A stretch of DNA of 64,000 bases from Schizochytrium sp. TIO01 (Eukaryota; Protista; Bigyra: Labyrinthulomycetes): contig SMSO01000032.1 of the NCBI GenBank assembly GCA_004764695.1, forward strand, positions 3,256,483-3,320,482, read 5' to 3'. Position numbers and translations under genes: made by a program. Positions 22,023 to 35,573 of this stretch are shown one piece after another. Position 1 is the stretch's first letter. Each line of letters begins with the position of its first letter. The notes beneath the pieces are model-generated. The model was given only the letters and a program-made list of their open reading frames with translations, was not told where the DNA came from and ran no database searches.

Positions 22023-24561
22023 TTGAAAGGCTTAAGCATAGCTGCAAGCTCAGCGTTAATTTATAGATAACACGCTGGCAGAGGTTTTTATCGATCGTAT
22101 GATGGTTAGGGCCGTGGATTGATCATTCTAATCTGCATATTTGTTTTCGCTACTTCTATGGACTAGGGTATTCCTAATAATAGGAAGAGACTAAAAAATA
22201 AATTCGTAAGGTGCTACTACTAAACTGCCGAGAAGCTCGCAATCTAGGTATTGATAAGCTCGTGTTTCAAGACGTTTATCATGATGACGGTGACTTCGTT
22301 CATCACCATCGCTCTCGCCATCACCCTCATCACGTACTCATGAAAATAAGAACTATAGGTTTCGGAGTTGCGAGCTTCTCGCCGATCCCCTAGACGTGGT
22401 TGTTGGCGGTCTGTGCTATTCGTTTCCACGCTCACACATCATTTCTTCGCAAAAGCAAGACATAAAGGCTCGAGCTTAGTACCAAATCAAGCATCAAATT
22501 GAACTTCAACTCCCAAACATCCCAAACAGTTTGCGAAGGTAGCATCATTTTTATAAATTTTGATATATATGATGTGCTAAAAATTAAAAAAAAACAATAA
22601 GTAAAAGTAAAGCTGAAGCACAAGCCCCTACTTTTATAAATTACAGCCTGACAAAAACTCTACTTCTCCCTAGTACTACACACGAACATGAAGGAGGTGA
22701 AAACAAAGAAAAGGAAGGCAAAGAAGAAAGAAACATACACTTTTATATAATTAAGGTCCACTTTGCGGAGCATGATGACGGTCCTGCCTCACTGACTTGC
22801 TTATCGAATGAATGATCGATTGACCGTGGCATCTCAGTGAAACGAGAACTTCACCAATTCTGCGCTCCGCAACTGATTCTATTCCGCATCGATTGATCAA
22901 TTGAGCAATCTGAGACAACGAATAGATGATATGCAAAAAACTGATTCTCGAACCGAGGTTAGCAGAGAGTGTTGTTCATTGTCACTCTCATGGCCACAGA
23001 GAATGAAGGAATTAATTCATGAATTCATGATCGAGATGGCGAAGAACTTGGAGCTGAAGAACCCCTTCGACGAGCTGCACGAAAACTTAAAGTTGGACCT
23101 TCTGCTGCGTGGAAGCAGAACTCACTGAGAGTTTCCATCATGGCCTGAGGCACCGAGTCTGACGCCGAGGCAGAGCTCGGAGCTCGCATGGGCACAGAAT
23201 GCACGTTTTGCGAAGCTGCGGATCACCTGAACGATCAGAGTGATATGCAAAAACCAGACTCCAACGGGGTGCATCGCAGACCCATCTGGGCAACCCTGTG
23301 TGGTTACAGCAATGGTTCACGGCGATCGAACGCAACGCACGTTAAGAAGCGACTCGTCTTTCCGCAGCGCATTACGCCTTCCGCCTTGTGCTGCGCTTTG
23401 CCAAGGTTATGAAGTTGAACTTCGTGAACCAAGTGTCCGTACAATTAACTGTCCGTACCTTGGTCCTGACGAATCAATACAAAACGAGCACTATTACCTA
23501 CCTATAAACATGGATCAGTCTTGAGCTCTAGGCTAGATTATAAAAAAACATGAAATAGTTAGAAGAATAGGGGATATATGTTGTTTTCCAAATCATAACA
23601 GTAAAGAATAAAATATAAGAATCTCCGTTTGCTTTCATCGAAGCTGATTAAGGGGTCCAAAAAAAATACAAACGCCGCTATACGTCTACGCAAACGCGTG
23701 GAGCATAACACTTTTGACCAGGGTCTGACTCTTCAAGAGAACTAGTTCTAATATGAAAATGATAAATTGTCAATTAAAAACCATCAATTGCACTATGTCA
23801 AGGAAAATAAAGAAAAAAATAAATGATTGGGATAAATAGGTAGGTAGTGTTAGTACCAGAAAGAACTACCAAGGGAGTAATTGAACAGTTTCATGAAGAT
23901 GCCTTCGAAAAAAAAAAAAAGAAAAAAAAAGAACTGCTGCCAAAGACTTTGCCAAGATTTTACAATCAGCAAAACCAGAACTTTGCATAGCGCAAGCTTT
24001 GTGCGACAATTCGGTCGAGGCGACAGCTGTTCACGCATTTCGCAAGTTTAGTCAAGCTTTCAGATAAGTAATCATCAGAAGGCAGAAGACTGCCACAGTT
24101 TCTACACCTCTAGAACTGAGTCAATCGTGTAACCTTGCATCATAAATTCAAGCCCACCTTTACTGAAAAGTGAAGTTAACTAGTACAGCTGAGACCCAGT
24201 CACATTGAAGAAAATTTGAAGTGACAAAACAAATCTGAAGGCTAGGATTAAGAAGACGCTTGCTAGGACTTCATAGTCCGTCGCGATCAGTGCGCGCAAG
24301 CAGTCTAACTTTACTTTAAATTTCAGAACTGAAAAAAACGAAAAAGAAAAAATCAGCTGATAGATTATAGAAGTAGCGCATAGACTTGTTGTCCTGCGAG
24401 CTTTTGAGTAGCAACTTATTTAGTCAGGTATCTTCCAGTAGGTAGGTATTATTTAGCCCAATACTGAGAAACCTGGACCCGAGCATCAGCAAACCCGAAA
24501 TCAAACTCCATCCAGTTTTTCAGTCACTAACTTCAACTGTAAAACAAGATCATCAAGGAAG

Positions 24562-25482
24562 ATGACGAGCAGCGGCGTTGATTTCTTCGTTCATACGTTC
24601 GCGCCGATTGGCGGAACGGTGATTACGAATTTGCTTAACCTTGGGCCGATGTATGCAGTGATTGAAGCACGACGGAAAGGGCGTCTTGGGAGCCTCGACC
24701 CTGTCCTTTTCTCAATGACACTCTCGCAGTCTGTGGTTTGGGTCGTCTATGGCATCTTTGCAACCAACATTTACTACGTGCTTGGGTCAATCTTTGGCGT
24801 TTATCTTAGTATATTCTATCTATTGACTTCGATGCAGCTTGGTCCGAGCAAGTCCCAGTATCAGAAGATTGAAATCTTCGTGTTGTTTTGGATTGGATTG
24901 ATCATTATCTTCAGCGTCATTGGTCTCTGGCTCCATAATGTGGCATACCAGGCAGCAGGTTTGATGAGCCTTCTTACATCTTGTTCACTCTATGGTGTGC
25001 CATTTCTCAACATTCGAAACATTCTGTTGACTCGAGATGCCTCGTCAATCAACCGGGGCTTTCTTTCGATGCAGTTCCTTTCTGGTGTCATGTGGACTTC
25101 ATATAGCTACTTCAACTTTGATATTTATGTCCTTATACCGAGTCTCGTAAGTCTCCTGTTTGGCATTATTCAACTCGTGCTCGTGATTATTTTTCCTCGC
25201 AAGAAAGCACCAGAAGAAACTACGGAGAGTGTTCTGCCACAGACCACCAAGGAGGACTGTATACTTCCTTGCAGCCGACCACTACTTTGCAGTCCTAGTT
25301 TTGAGTCGGAAAACCAGCAGGAATTGGATCTTAGACCCAACGCAGATGCTCCAAATGGCCAACTGGCAGATGGAGATGTGTCTGACATCCGGATCATTAC
25401 TGTCCCCACCCCTGAAGAAGGACATAGAGACGCTGAAGTTCCCTCATCGTCGAAGTATGAAAACGCATTTCCTCCGCTGTGA
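24562..25482 (+). CDS. SWEET/MtN3 family transporter, copy 2
   Basis: LNLGPMYAV, SLDPVLF, VWVVYG, YGVPFLNIRNILLTRDASSINRGFL, GVMWTSYS, DIYVLIPS; clear paralogue of copy 1. Confidence 0.9.
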   Translation: MTSSGVDFFVHTFAPIGGTVITNLLNLGPMYAVIEARRKGRLGSLDPVLFSMTLSQSVVWVVYGIFATNIYYVLGSIFGVYLSIFYLLTSMQLGPSKSQYQKIEIFVLFWIGLIIIFSVIGLWLHNVAYQAAGLMSLLTSCSLYGVPFLNIRNILLTRDASSINRGFLSMQFLSGVMWTSYSYFNFDIYVLIPSLVSLLFGIIQLVLVIIFPRKKAPEETTESVLPQTTKEDCILPCSRPLLCSPSFESENQQELDLRPNADAPNGQLADGDVSDIRIITVPTPEEGHRDAEVPSSSKYENAFPPL

Positions 25483-28400
25483 GTCAAGAAGGATCACTAT
25501 CCTGCCCCAGAACTTACTGCAACAAGCCGGCAATTTTGATTTCTGACCAGCTGATAGACAAAAGGCTGCAAGTTGTAAATCATTTTTGAACAAGAAGAGC
25601 CAGGCCAAATTATCATGTGTTATATTGAGATCCTGCCAGCCTTGCTTTTTTATCTTGCACTTTGCTTTCATGCCCATGTGTAAGTTCTTAAATAAATGAT
25701 TTATGAAGCTAATACTTTGTCGGATTGATATAATTTGCGCAACTTTGACATAAAGAAGAAGGATAATCTAAGGTTTCTTAACAAATTGAAACACTGAATT
25801 CGTACACCTTTAGACGCAAAGGCTAAACAGCTGACTCCTCCCTTACTATTTCCTAGCTCTCAAGCCCTTCTTTTTTCCGATCTATCCCCTGATGCTGTTG
25901 AGCCTAACGTGGCGCCTAAAGTTATGCGGACACCGATTTATGCCTTTTAGGTGCAGAAACTAAAACTACCGCTTAGCCCCTAATTCTGGTTGCATGCTAT
26001 TTCTCTTCACCGTGCTCTAACCCCATTCAACTTGGAGGGGGGATCAATAGTCTCATAGCGATTGTGCAGACGCCGACCAAATGATTGTCTTCAGATAGAT
26101 TGCATTTCAACAACGCAAAAGAGAGCTACTGGTCACTTTTGATCTCGCAAGAGGAAGCAGGTCAAGTTTGCCCCCATTCAGGTAAGTTCGAGGCACAATT
26201 GGAACTTTCGAAGGTGGCTCTCTTCGCGGGACCAGGTGCTTCTACCCCAAACTATAGGAGTATGGAGTTCTCTAGGGACAGAAATGTGTCAATTGTCTTC
26301 TCACCAATCACGAATCGCAAACTGTGAGCACTTTTCGTTCGCACAAATCGAGTTCCCGATTGGGCAAAACTTCAGATCCCAGGCAAACCTGAGTTTCAGG
26401 CATCCACTCCTGTCAATGAATTTAAAAAAATCAGAAGATATAACAGATTACCCTGAGGTTAATATCTCAGAGCCGTGGTTCTTAGCTGTATCATAACTTT
26501 TACCAATTGTGGCATCAGTATTGTTTGGCTCCTGGGGCTTGAGCAAGTACCCACTGGGCTCGCTGCTATCTTGTCATTAGTCTGTTCGCAGATCACCTGT
26601 TTTGGTTACGAGCTGCACAGCTTTGCAGGCCGAGAAGCCAGCAACGAGACCTGCTTTGAGCACCATGCTCAGGTTGTTTTCAAGCCGTGAAGGCTATTCA
26701 CCATGAATCTTCGCACGTGATCACTATGTAGGAGTAGATTCCTTCCATCGCAAATTCATTCTTCGGTCAACTCACTTTACTTCAAGCCCTAGTACCCATG
26801 TATCGGTCCTGTCCAACTTCATGGGCCGCGTTTCCAGACACCCGGTAAAGGTGGTTTTCTTGGCGTGTGATTCTGGTTTCGGAGTCGCCTCCACCGTCTT
26901 TCAAGATAGCTCTTCAATCAAACTCCAAGATGCTTAAAGGCCAGTCTTTTTGGTGTGTTATATAATTGAAAAAAACAACCAAAAAAACTCAAACAGTAAC
27001 GACCAGGAACTATAGTCTTACAAAGTCCGCCTCAACAACGGGATTCAACCACCACCACGATGCTTTCTTCTTCTTCCGCTGCTCCTGCTGTTGCTACTGC
27101 TTCGAAGTCGATTGCGTGCCGCGTGTTGTCTAACGTGCTGATCTTCGGCCACCAGGTGGTCCAATCGGCGTCTTCTGTGCTACTATTATACACTGCAACA
27201 CATTATATCAGTAGATGTGTATGTGCTTGTTTGTGTATGTGTACCACGTGTGTATCTATCTAACTATCTGTCTATCCACGTACCTGCTGTTTGTAGATGT
27301 GTCTATGTGTATGTATGTATGGGTGGCGGTGCGCTCTTCGCTTGCGAAAACAAATGACGCCTCAGTATCGTTTGAGGACTGCAAAGAGTGCCACGAGGCT
27401 GCGGGTTCCCCACGCGCCGTTCATTCTCGGCGCCGGAGGGAGTTTTTTTTTTTTTTTTTTTTTTTTCCTTCTTCTTCTTCTTCTTTGTTTGATAGACCAC
27501 CCTCTCTCTCTTGAAGCTCTTTTGATCAGTGAATCACACTGTGGGGTCTAGCTAGCTAGCTTTTTTTTTTTTTTTTTTTTTTTTTCCTTTCCCCCTTTTC
27601 CTTCTTCCTTTTTTCCATTTCGTCGAATTGCAATAAGACCAACATTTTAATTTTAATTTTTTTTAATTAAATTAAATTGAAACTATAAAAGTTGGAGATG
27701 AAAAGAGTTGAGCGGAGAGATTGAAACTGGGGCGATTCGATTCGATTCAAGGACGCATCTGTTTGAAGTCCTTCTTCTTCACGGTGTTTCGTGATTTAGG
27801 GCGGCGAAGAAATGCGAGATCTTCAGCAGCCACAAGGAAGCCGAAGTCGGCAGGAGCAGCATCAGTTTAGCTCGTCTGGCGCACGCACTGCTTGTCTTTT
27901 CCTTACGGTTTATACTGCGTCGTGTGGTGTCATGTCCTCTCTTTTGGCGGCTTAGCTTCCGAATTCACCAGAATGATCGTAATGAGGGAAAGGCCAAGTC
28001 GATCGATGTTCGCGCAAGTCCCTCAAAACTTACTGTACCTGGATCATTTTTGCTTAGTCAACTTTAGTGAGTAGCTAGCAGCCACTCTTAGCACAAATCT
28101 GCGTGCTACAAAGAAGCAAGACTCGCGTCTGGCCTCAAGGTAGACTATATTGGGATCAAGCTTTCAAAAAAGGCTGCCAGGATATGACATCCCGAGGACA
28201 GTGCCAGTGCCTTGATGCATTCTCGTGTCCGAATGGAACTAAAACCACCCTCTGCAAATCAAGATGACTTGACTCTACTCGACTCGACACTCAATGTAAC
28301 TTGGCACAGCAGAATCTTAAGGATCTCGAGTTGGCTGGCTTTGGCATGCGTTTCATTCGCGGCGGTGCATCAAGGTGGCCCTATGTTTCGTTTGGTTCTG

Positions 28401-28946
28401 TGTCTGGTTAAATGTCACTTCCTCGTTATTCTGCTGCTTTCCGTTTCCAGGCAGTGACTTTGCAGGCAATGACTCCGCATCGAACACCTCTTCGCAGATT
28501 GACTCACCACTGATTTATTCTACCCCATTGCACTCCCTACGCACAAAAAGAGCTGCGTTCGGAGAACTTGGCCCACGAATCGACTTTAGGCAACCGTTTT
28601 GAACGAGGCATTGAGTGCCAAGATAGCGGGTGGCTACGATCTGCTTCTACTTCCCTACCTAATTAACTAATGTGTCATCTCGAAATCGCGGATCATGACA
28701 GGGTCCACGTCTAGAAAGTACTTCTTGCAACCAACTTGAAATAGATAACTAAGTACCTGACATCAAGCAACCTCTTCAAACGGCCGAGTGGTAGGTACTC
28801 GATCGCGTGGCTCCGGCTTGCAGATCTAGGACCGCTGGGTTGGCATCCAGTTCACGTGGATGGAAATAACAAAGGATCGATTGAGTTGCGCTACGCGCGT
28901 GCCGTGGTGCGGCTCCTTGCTCGCTATTGCTACTGCATTCACCCGC

Positions 28947-28983
28947 CTTTAAAACGAATGCTTTAAAACGAATGCTTTAAAAA
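28947..28983. repeat. 14-bp tandem repeat (CTTTAAAACGAATG) x2.5
   Basis: ctttaaaacgaatg ctttaaaacgaatg ctttaaaaa read directly. Confidence 0.75.
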
Positions 28984-31071
28984 TGAGGTTAGTGTTATTT
29001 TAAAAGTATCAAATTTGAGAAGAGAATAGACGTGCTCTCGTTGCACTCATTCAATCGCTGATTCACTCGTTCGTTCATCTGCGTGCCAAACTCTGTTGCA
29101 AACAGATAGATGTTTGCAAATAGCACATCGCAGAGTCTAGGGCCCAAGCACCCTGGTACACAGGCTCCTGAAACGCCGAAGTTTCCCTCTGCAGCAAATT
29201 ATTGCCTGTCCGGCCATTGCAGACAGAAAATACAGAACGCAAGAAGTCTTGGTTTTGTCCTTTCTCCTTCTCTTTATTATTTTCACTAATTAAATAAAAG
29301 AAAATTAAACATTTTATTGAACTAACTATACTCCGACTTGTTAGTTGTCTCTACAGGCGAGCACATGTAGCTTTAGGGACAGGGTTACACAGGTTGACCA
29401 CCATCTCTGTGGGAATGAGAAATACGGAAGAATAACTGAAAAAAAGGGAATTCTGAGCTGTTGAGGAGACGCCTGCAAAAGTGAAAGGGTATTTTAAATG
29501 AATCAGTGAGTGAATGAATAAATCGCGGAACAAGAGTGTTGAAAGAACTTGAGAGTGAAGAGAGAAATAAATTGATTCGAAACTAAATCATGCTTTGCAG
29601 CACCCGTTCGCCGATCGATTCGTGACCGAGTCCTACGCGATTATGGAATATTGAACAACATTCTCAACTAAATTGAAAGGCAAATTGTCACGCGTTGAAG
29701 ATGCTTTCTCCTAAGACCATTTAGCTTGCGTTTGTCTATAGACGCTGCTTATGTGATAATGAATTGGGTTTAATCAATTTCATGAGTGGAATGAAACGAA
29801 CAAGTACTTTGAAAGCTTAAAAACAATCAAGACACAACAAGTGATTGTCTCGATGGGTGGTGATAAATGCAGACTCTTGGACTGGAGATGTCGAGAGTAC
29901 CTGCGTCGTCCTCTCAGACTTGGCGTCAGCACAGAGATCACGATGACTCAAGCGCTTGATGGTATCGAGACAGTTGCAATGCTACAAAAAGTTCTAGGCG
30001 GTATCAGCTATTGGAGCTTCAAGTTGACGACCACGACATCATTCATGCTAAGCAAAGGGTAATTCTAAGACCAGATCAATTTAGAGTTCTTCTTAAATGT
30101 TGAATAACGCAGATATGGCACAGCAAGTTGTCAACAACGAAAGAGCGAATGACAGACAGAGTAGGTACTACTAATATCTAATAACTAGTACCTGCGAGCA
30201 AAAGGGAATGTTCGATGGCTGCTGCGCTCGTTTCACCCACTGTAATAATAAACTATCGGCACCTGAGCTTTTAGAATTCGTTCGAGCCAGTGGAGCGTTA
30301 GGTTGTATTTGGACTGCACGAATCCAGCAATGTCTTGCACAAGACAATCAATTCGGTAAGTTTTGTGAGCAGGCTTCTAGGAAACCAAAAAGTACGGCAA
30401 AAATGAGCAGTGAACAATCTATAGACATCGTTTCTTGACCTGACCTATTTCTCCGTCTAAAAACAGCCTGCACTCCGACATAAATGATAAATCTCCCAGC
30501 AAAAATGTTTTCTTTCTTTCTATCATACTACCTGCATTATATTAGTTACGAATAAAACTAAACCAAAAAAAATATTTAGAAGATAAAAACTTAAAAAAAA
30601 AATAGTATTCCTTTGTTTGGGAAAGGAACTCTTTCCATTATTTTTAATATTTTCTTTAAAGGTGAGGAGAAGTGAAGAGGATAGAGAAAAGAAGAGAAAA
30701 AAGTGTTAGACTGCCCCGACTACCAGTACGTTGAAAATTAATAAAGGAGGAGGCGCGCGACGAGTGGTGGAATAAAGCCAATTCCATGCACCTTATTCTT
30801 TGACTTGGGCATATATATTAAGCGCAAACTCTTCATGTAGTAGAGTATATAGAGCTCGCTTTTACTTCTACTATAGTAAAACTTGCTTTGTGCTAACTTG
30901 TGATATCTTAAGTAATGGCTACAGTTCGTAGTAATGACACTTACCTACCAATCTGACTACAGCACCAAAGCAATTCAGATTTGAGCAGCAAACACCCAAC
31001 TCTGCTCAGACGAGGATAGACATTTGAACAAAGGTCTTTGCAAACACTTGACAGTTCAAACTACAAGCAAG

Positions 31072-32352
31072 ATGAGCGACGGAGGCGAATTCTTCACAGG
31101 CACTGTCGCCCCCATTGCCGGTGTGATCATCACCGAGCTGCTGCACTTTGGTCCAATGTATGCAGTGATTTGTGCCCGCAAACAAGGCCGCCTTGGATCT
31201 CTCGACCCGGTTCTTTTTGCCAATACCACGCCGCAAGCTGTTGTGTGGACTATTTATGGCATTTTTTGCAACAATATTTACTACATCATTGGGTCGATTG
31301 GAGGCATTCTCATGGGAACCTTTTACCTTCTCTCTGCTCTGCAGCTTGGCGTCACCAAGACGCAAATGCGACGAATTGAAATTATTCTCCTCACCCAGCT
31401 TACACTGATCATTACTTTCTCAACCGTGGGCTGGTGGCACCGAGAGGTTGCTAAGCAAGCAACGGGTGTGCTTAGCATGCTTGCTTCATGCTTTAGCTAT
31501 TCAACCCCTTTCCTCAATCTTCGCCTGATGATTAAAGCGCGGGATGCATCTTCCATCAACAAGGGTTTCTTGTTCATGCAGATTGTGTCTGGTGTCATGT
31601 GGACTTCTTACTCTCTCTTTGACTTTGATATTTACGTCATCATCCCCAGTGTCATCAGTCTGGCCTTCGGTATCATTCAAGCCACCCTCGTTGTTATCTT
31701 CTGGAAACCAGCTAGCAAGACTGAAGAGGTAGACAACAAGAGCTCCTCACTCCTGGATAATGTTCGTGGCTGCTACCAAGCGCCAAACTGCTTCCGTCCA
31801 TGCAAGTCTCGCGGCCAGCAAAACTCATGCAACGCATCTCAAGCTATGTCTAACAATATGGAGGCAACTCGTTTCACTAGTTTCCCTGCAGACAGCTCCC
31901 AAAGCGATGTCATCCTCGACATTTCGGGTTCGACCTGTATGGAACAGCATGCTAAGAACGAAGTGCCTGCTATTGGTTATTGCGTAAAGGGTCTTGATCC
32001 TCTACTTTCAGACCCGGCAGAGTCCAGCACTCCTTCGACCAGCAGCCTTGAGAGCACCAGCCCGATTGGTACGACTTCCTCGATCGAACTCAACCCGATC
32101 GAGAGTAGCTCCAACTTGGTTGCTGACACTTCTAGCTTTCCTCTTCAGAGCCAAACATCATTTGATGCAGAGCCGCAGACTTCGTTTGCTACGCCGCCCC
32201 CTGGAGTACTTGAACCTGTTGATCCTATTTTCCAAGCAATATACCCCATCGTTACTTCGGACCAGCAGCAAAATCTCAACAATGAGGGCACCTCTAGTAC
32301 TAACCTTGGTAAATCTGACATTCATGCATCCAACACGCTATCTTCGATTTAG
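31072..32352 (+). CDS. SWEET/MtN3 family transporter, copy 3
   Basis: ATG at 31072 (MSDGGEFF, matching the paralogue N-termini). HFGPMYAV, SLDPVLF, VWTIYG, RDASSINKGFL, DIYVIIPS; Ser/Thr-rich tail. Confidence 0.9.
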   Translation: MSDGGEFFTGTVAPIAGVIITELLHFGPMYAVICARKQGRLGSLDPVLFANTTPQAVVWTIYGIFCNNIYYIIGSIGGILMGTFYLLSALQLGVTKTQMRRIEIILLTQLTLIITFSTVGWWHREVAKQATGVLSMLASCFSYSTPFLNLRLMIKARDASSINKGFLFMQIVSGVMWTSYSLFDFDIYVIIPSVISLAFGIIQATLVVIFWKPASKTEEVDNKSSSLLDNVRGCYQAPNCFRPCKSRGQQNSCNASQAMSNNMEATRFTSFPADSSQSDVILDISGSTCMEQHAKNEVPAIGYCVKGLDPLLSDPAESSTPSTSSLESTSPIGTTSSIELNPIESSSNLVADTSSFPLQSQTSFDAEPQTSFATPPPGVLEPVDPIFQAIYPIVTSDQQQNLNNEGTSSTNLGKSDIHASNTLSSI

Positions 32353-35300
32353 TGCTGCATGAATGTGCTTCGTCATGAAAAGTTTTAGACACACCGTGTG
32401 ATCTTGTCCATCGCGGAAGCATGTCGAATAACTAAATACATGCATAGCTTTGCCATCCTGATCAATTTGAAATTTGGTTCGTGCCTGACATATGAGGCAC
32501 AGTCATCTCTACGCGACGTAAATGGATCTTTAGTGCTTTCTTTAGAGGCCTCTCCTTTAACGCGCATACTGTAATTTGATAATTCATGTTTTATAATATA
32601 AACACACGAGATTTTCCTTCGGCTCTTGATAAACTTATCCAAGAGATGTGTTTTTCCATCTCCATAACAGAGAGGATATTCAAATTCCAAACGATTTAAT
32701 TTCCCGTTGCCACAAGGAAGTAAACCCTCGTTCCCTTCATTGGGGAGCTCGCGCTGATCCTAGACACATAAAACTCACTGTTGTTTCTTCTCATACCATA
32801 TACTTTTAGCTACCCAATACTCCTACTACTAGTAGTTTGTCGCAACTTGTCACTCGTGACCTAGTTAGGTTCTGCTAATTTGTTCCTACTCTTAACACTT
32901 ATTCCTATTCCCGATTTTCTTTCAAGTTATTTTTATGGTTTTTATTTTCTAGTAGCGATGAAAAAATAATAATGACTCTCTGCGCTGCCTAGCACTTGGC
33001 TATGTAGCCACTAGCTAGCTTAGCTTGGCCTGTCTTGAATAACTGTCCCGGTCAACGAAGTCTCAAAACAAAGCGTCCAAGAGATCGATCTCACAGCAAA
33101 AGCAATAGCTTGCCAGCTTCTTGGCAGTCGGCCAGCCGTTCACAAAGTCGTTGCAGATCAGGAGCGCTGCTGCCAACCCTCCCGAGGCGACTTCTCGAAC
33201 GCTCAAGCAGCGCCAGTGCTCCGACGGTGGTCAATCTTATTCTCTCTAAAAAGGCGCAGCTTCTTCTCTTTTAGCTTAACTCATTCTCATCACCTCTTTC
33301 GTATTGTCCTTATCTTTCACTGATTCGCTCATTCACTCCTATTATCTAATTAATTGATTGATTTGTGAATACTAAAAGGATGGATTATTCATGCTAATAA
33401 TAATAAGCAGCAGCGGCAGCGCACTTAACGGCTGTTAAGCTTGCTTCTGCCGGATCCCTTGCTGCTAGACGCTTCCCGTAGAGGTGGTGACATTTTGTCA
33501 CGTGCTTCGAGTGCAGCAGAGAGCTCTCTCGCTCTCTCCCAAGCCCGCCTCCTGATCACCTGGTCAGCTCTCCTCCCAAAGTAGTCCAATGCAAGTTCTT
33601 CGGGCGCTCAACTGTATGGACTTTCTTTCCCATGTCTCCGCAGTTTACACGGATGTTCGCTCTTCGTTTAGTCACCCTGTAATTATATATATATAATGTG
33701 CACCGCAAACTCCCTCACAGATATCTATCTCATTTATCTACAGTTCGAATTGGATAAACTCGAGCAGCGACGAAGGAAAGGCTACTCATCCAGGCAAGAC
33801 AGCATCCTGCGTTATGACACGGCTCAAGTAAGCGTATAGAAAGGTCACTCATATTCATGGATCGATCGTTTTGATCTATAAAGCCCTTCAATCTTCACAG
33901 TTTCGAGATGAGCTTTCGAATGATCCAAATAGCAGTTGCACAACCCGTCCGTCTGCGCAAGCTGATCGCGCAGCGCAGTGTAATTGCATGGCGTCTATTC
34001 GCTCCTACCGGGCACCTAGGCACTCTTACCTACCTGCATAGCACTTGCTCTTCAAGTTGACCTCGGCCTCCTTAATAAAAACTTGAGTCCTTACACGGAT
34101 TGAATGAAATGTCATCATTGAAAATAAACAAGTGCTTAGCTTTTATTCTTTATTCTTTATTCTTTCTTTTTTAAAAAAGTAGAATACACTAGGAGAAAGA
34201 AGGAAAAGCAGCGAGAAAAAGAGAAGAGATGAGAAAAGAAAGCGTTCATCTATCTTGAAAGAGAAAAAAAAAAGAAGAGAGGGAAAGTTAACTTAACTAG
34301 CATCTGTGAACCTAATATTCTTGACATCCGTATATGTGCTCAGGCCACCAGGAGTAAAGGCGGTGGCATCAAACGCGCTGCACACGCTCAACTTTAAAGC
34401 CTTGTTCTGACCCCCAGTTGCTCGCTGCGCACAGAATTAAGACGTCAACGAGCACTTTGCAGTGCTTACTTTCGCGCGTACGAACGATGTCTTTAAACCT
34501 CCTGAGAAATATTCTTTTCGAGGGGTCTTGTGCTCTCATCAATGTCTGTCTTATAGAAAGTAGTAGGTGGATGTCTAGGCATAAACTACATCATCCTTCT
34601 CTTTCTCCTTCTGCTCAATAGGTAAGAGTAGGCTATTGCTATATATGTTTGTCTGTGCTGTCTTCTCTAATCTGAATTGCCGCCTTCACGGCACGTGCCT
34701 CTGGTTCGACTTTCTTTTCCCTTTTCTCCCATTGCGTCTGGACTTGCAACCACCACCACGACCATTGATTCCTCTGCGCACCTTCGCAGCGTACACATGG
34801 CCAGCAAGAAAACCTGCGCGAGATGGCTTTGAGTTTGAAGCCTTCACTCGCTTATCTCGCCAGAGATTGCTTTATTTCGTAGGCGCCTCGAGGTGTTGCT
34901 CCTTTTATTTATTTATTCTTCAAGTTTTTCTTAATTCTTGTTTTTTTTGGCATTGTTTTTCTTTTAATTCTTATTGTTTCTTATGGTTACTTATTATTGT
35001 AGATGCCCTGTTACAGAGAAGGCACTTACTGGCTTCTCTGTGGCCCGTTTAAAGAGCGCAAAGGGAAGGCTACCCGGCAAGCGATTCGATGGTGCCACGC
35101 GTGCACCAGCTCTGCAATGCCAACAGCGTTAGCCAATCGGGCGGCGAAATGGCCGGTGTGGCTTCGAGCTTCCCTTAAGGCCTTGTGCAGCGTAAAGGTC
35201 GCTAAGACCCTGCCGCCTGCCGTTTTACAAGCAAAATTGGCTTTGTCTTGCAAAAGATTCCGTGTAATGATGCAATCGAATAAATGATGCTCGAAAGGTC

Positions 35301-35526
35301 AACTAGAAATTAACCAGAAATCATATCATATCATATCGAAGCAAAACAAAGCAAAGCAACCTTTGCACATGATTGGCGATTGCTGATTAGCGTCGACGAT
35401 TTGAAGATCGTGAAAAACAGAAAATACAGCACGGCTCGGAGGCAGATATGCAGTGCATGTTCACGTGCCATGTGCATATAGGAAAAGTCTTCGGGTGCTC
35501 CGCTACGTAATTACTGGGGTCGATTG

Positions 35527-35573
35527 AACAAACAAACAAACAAACAAACAAACAGACAAACATACATACATAC
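35527..35573. repeat. (AAAC)n/(ATAC)n compound microsatellite
   Basis: aacaaacaaacaaacaaacaaacaaacagacaaacatacatacatac read directly. Confidence 0.85.

Noticed and set aside
22890-23270. Two similar 'gatatgcaaaaa' segments and a short protein-like ORF (22901-23128)
   Set aside because: Similarity is too short and there is no recognisable domain; it may be a decayed fragment but cannot be supported.
21988-28983. Short direct repeats as a CRISPR-like array
   Set aside because: Units are head-to-tail with no spacers, only 2-3 copies, and the context is eukaryotic with no cas genes.
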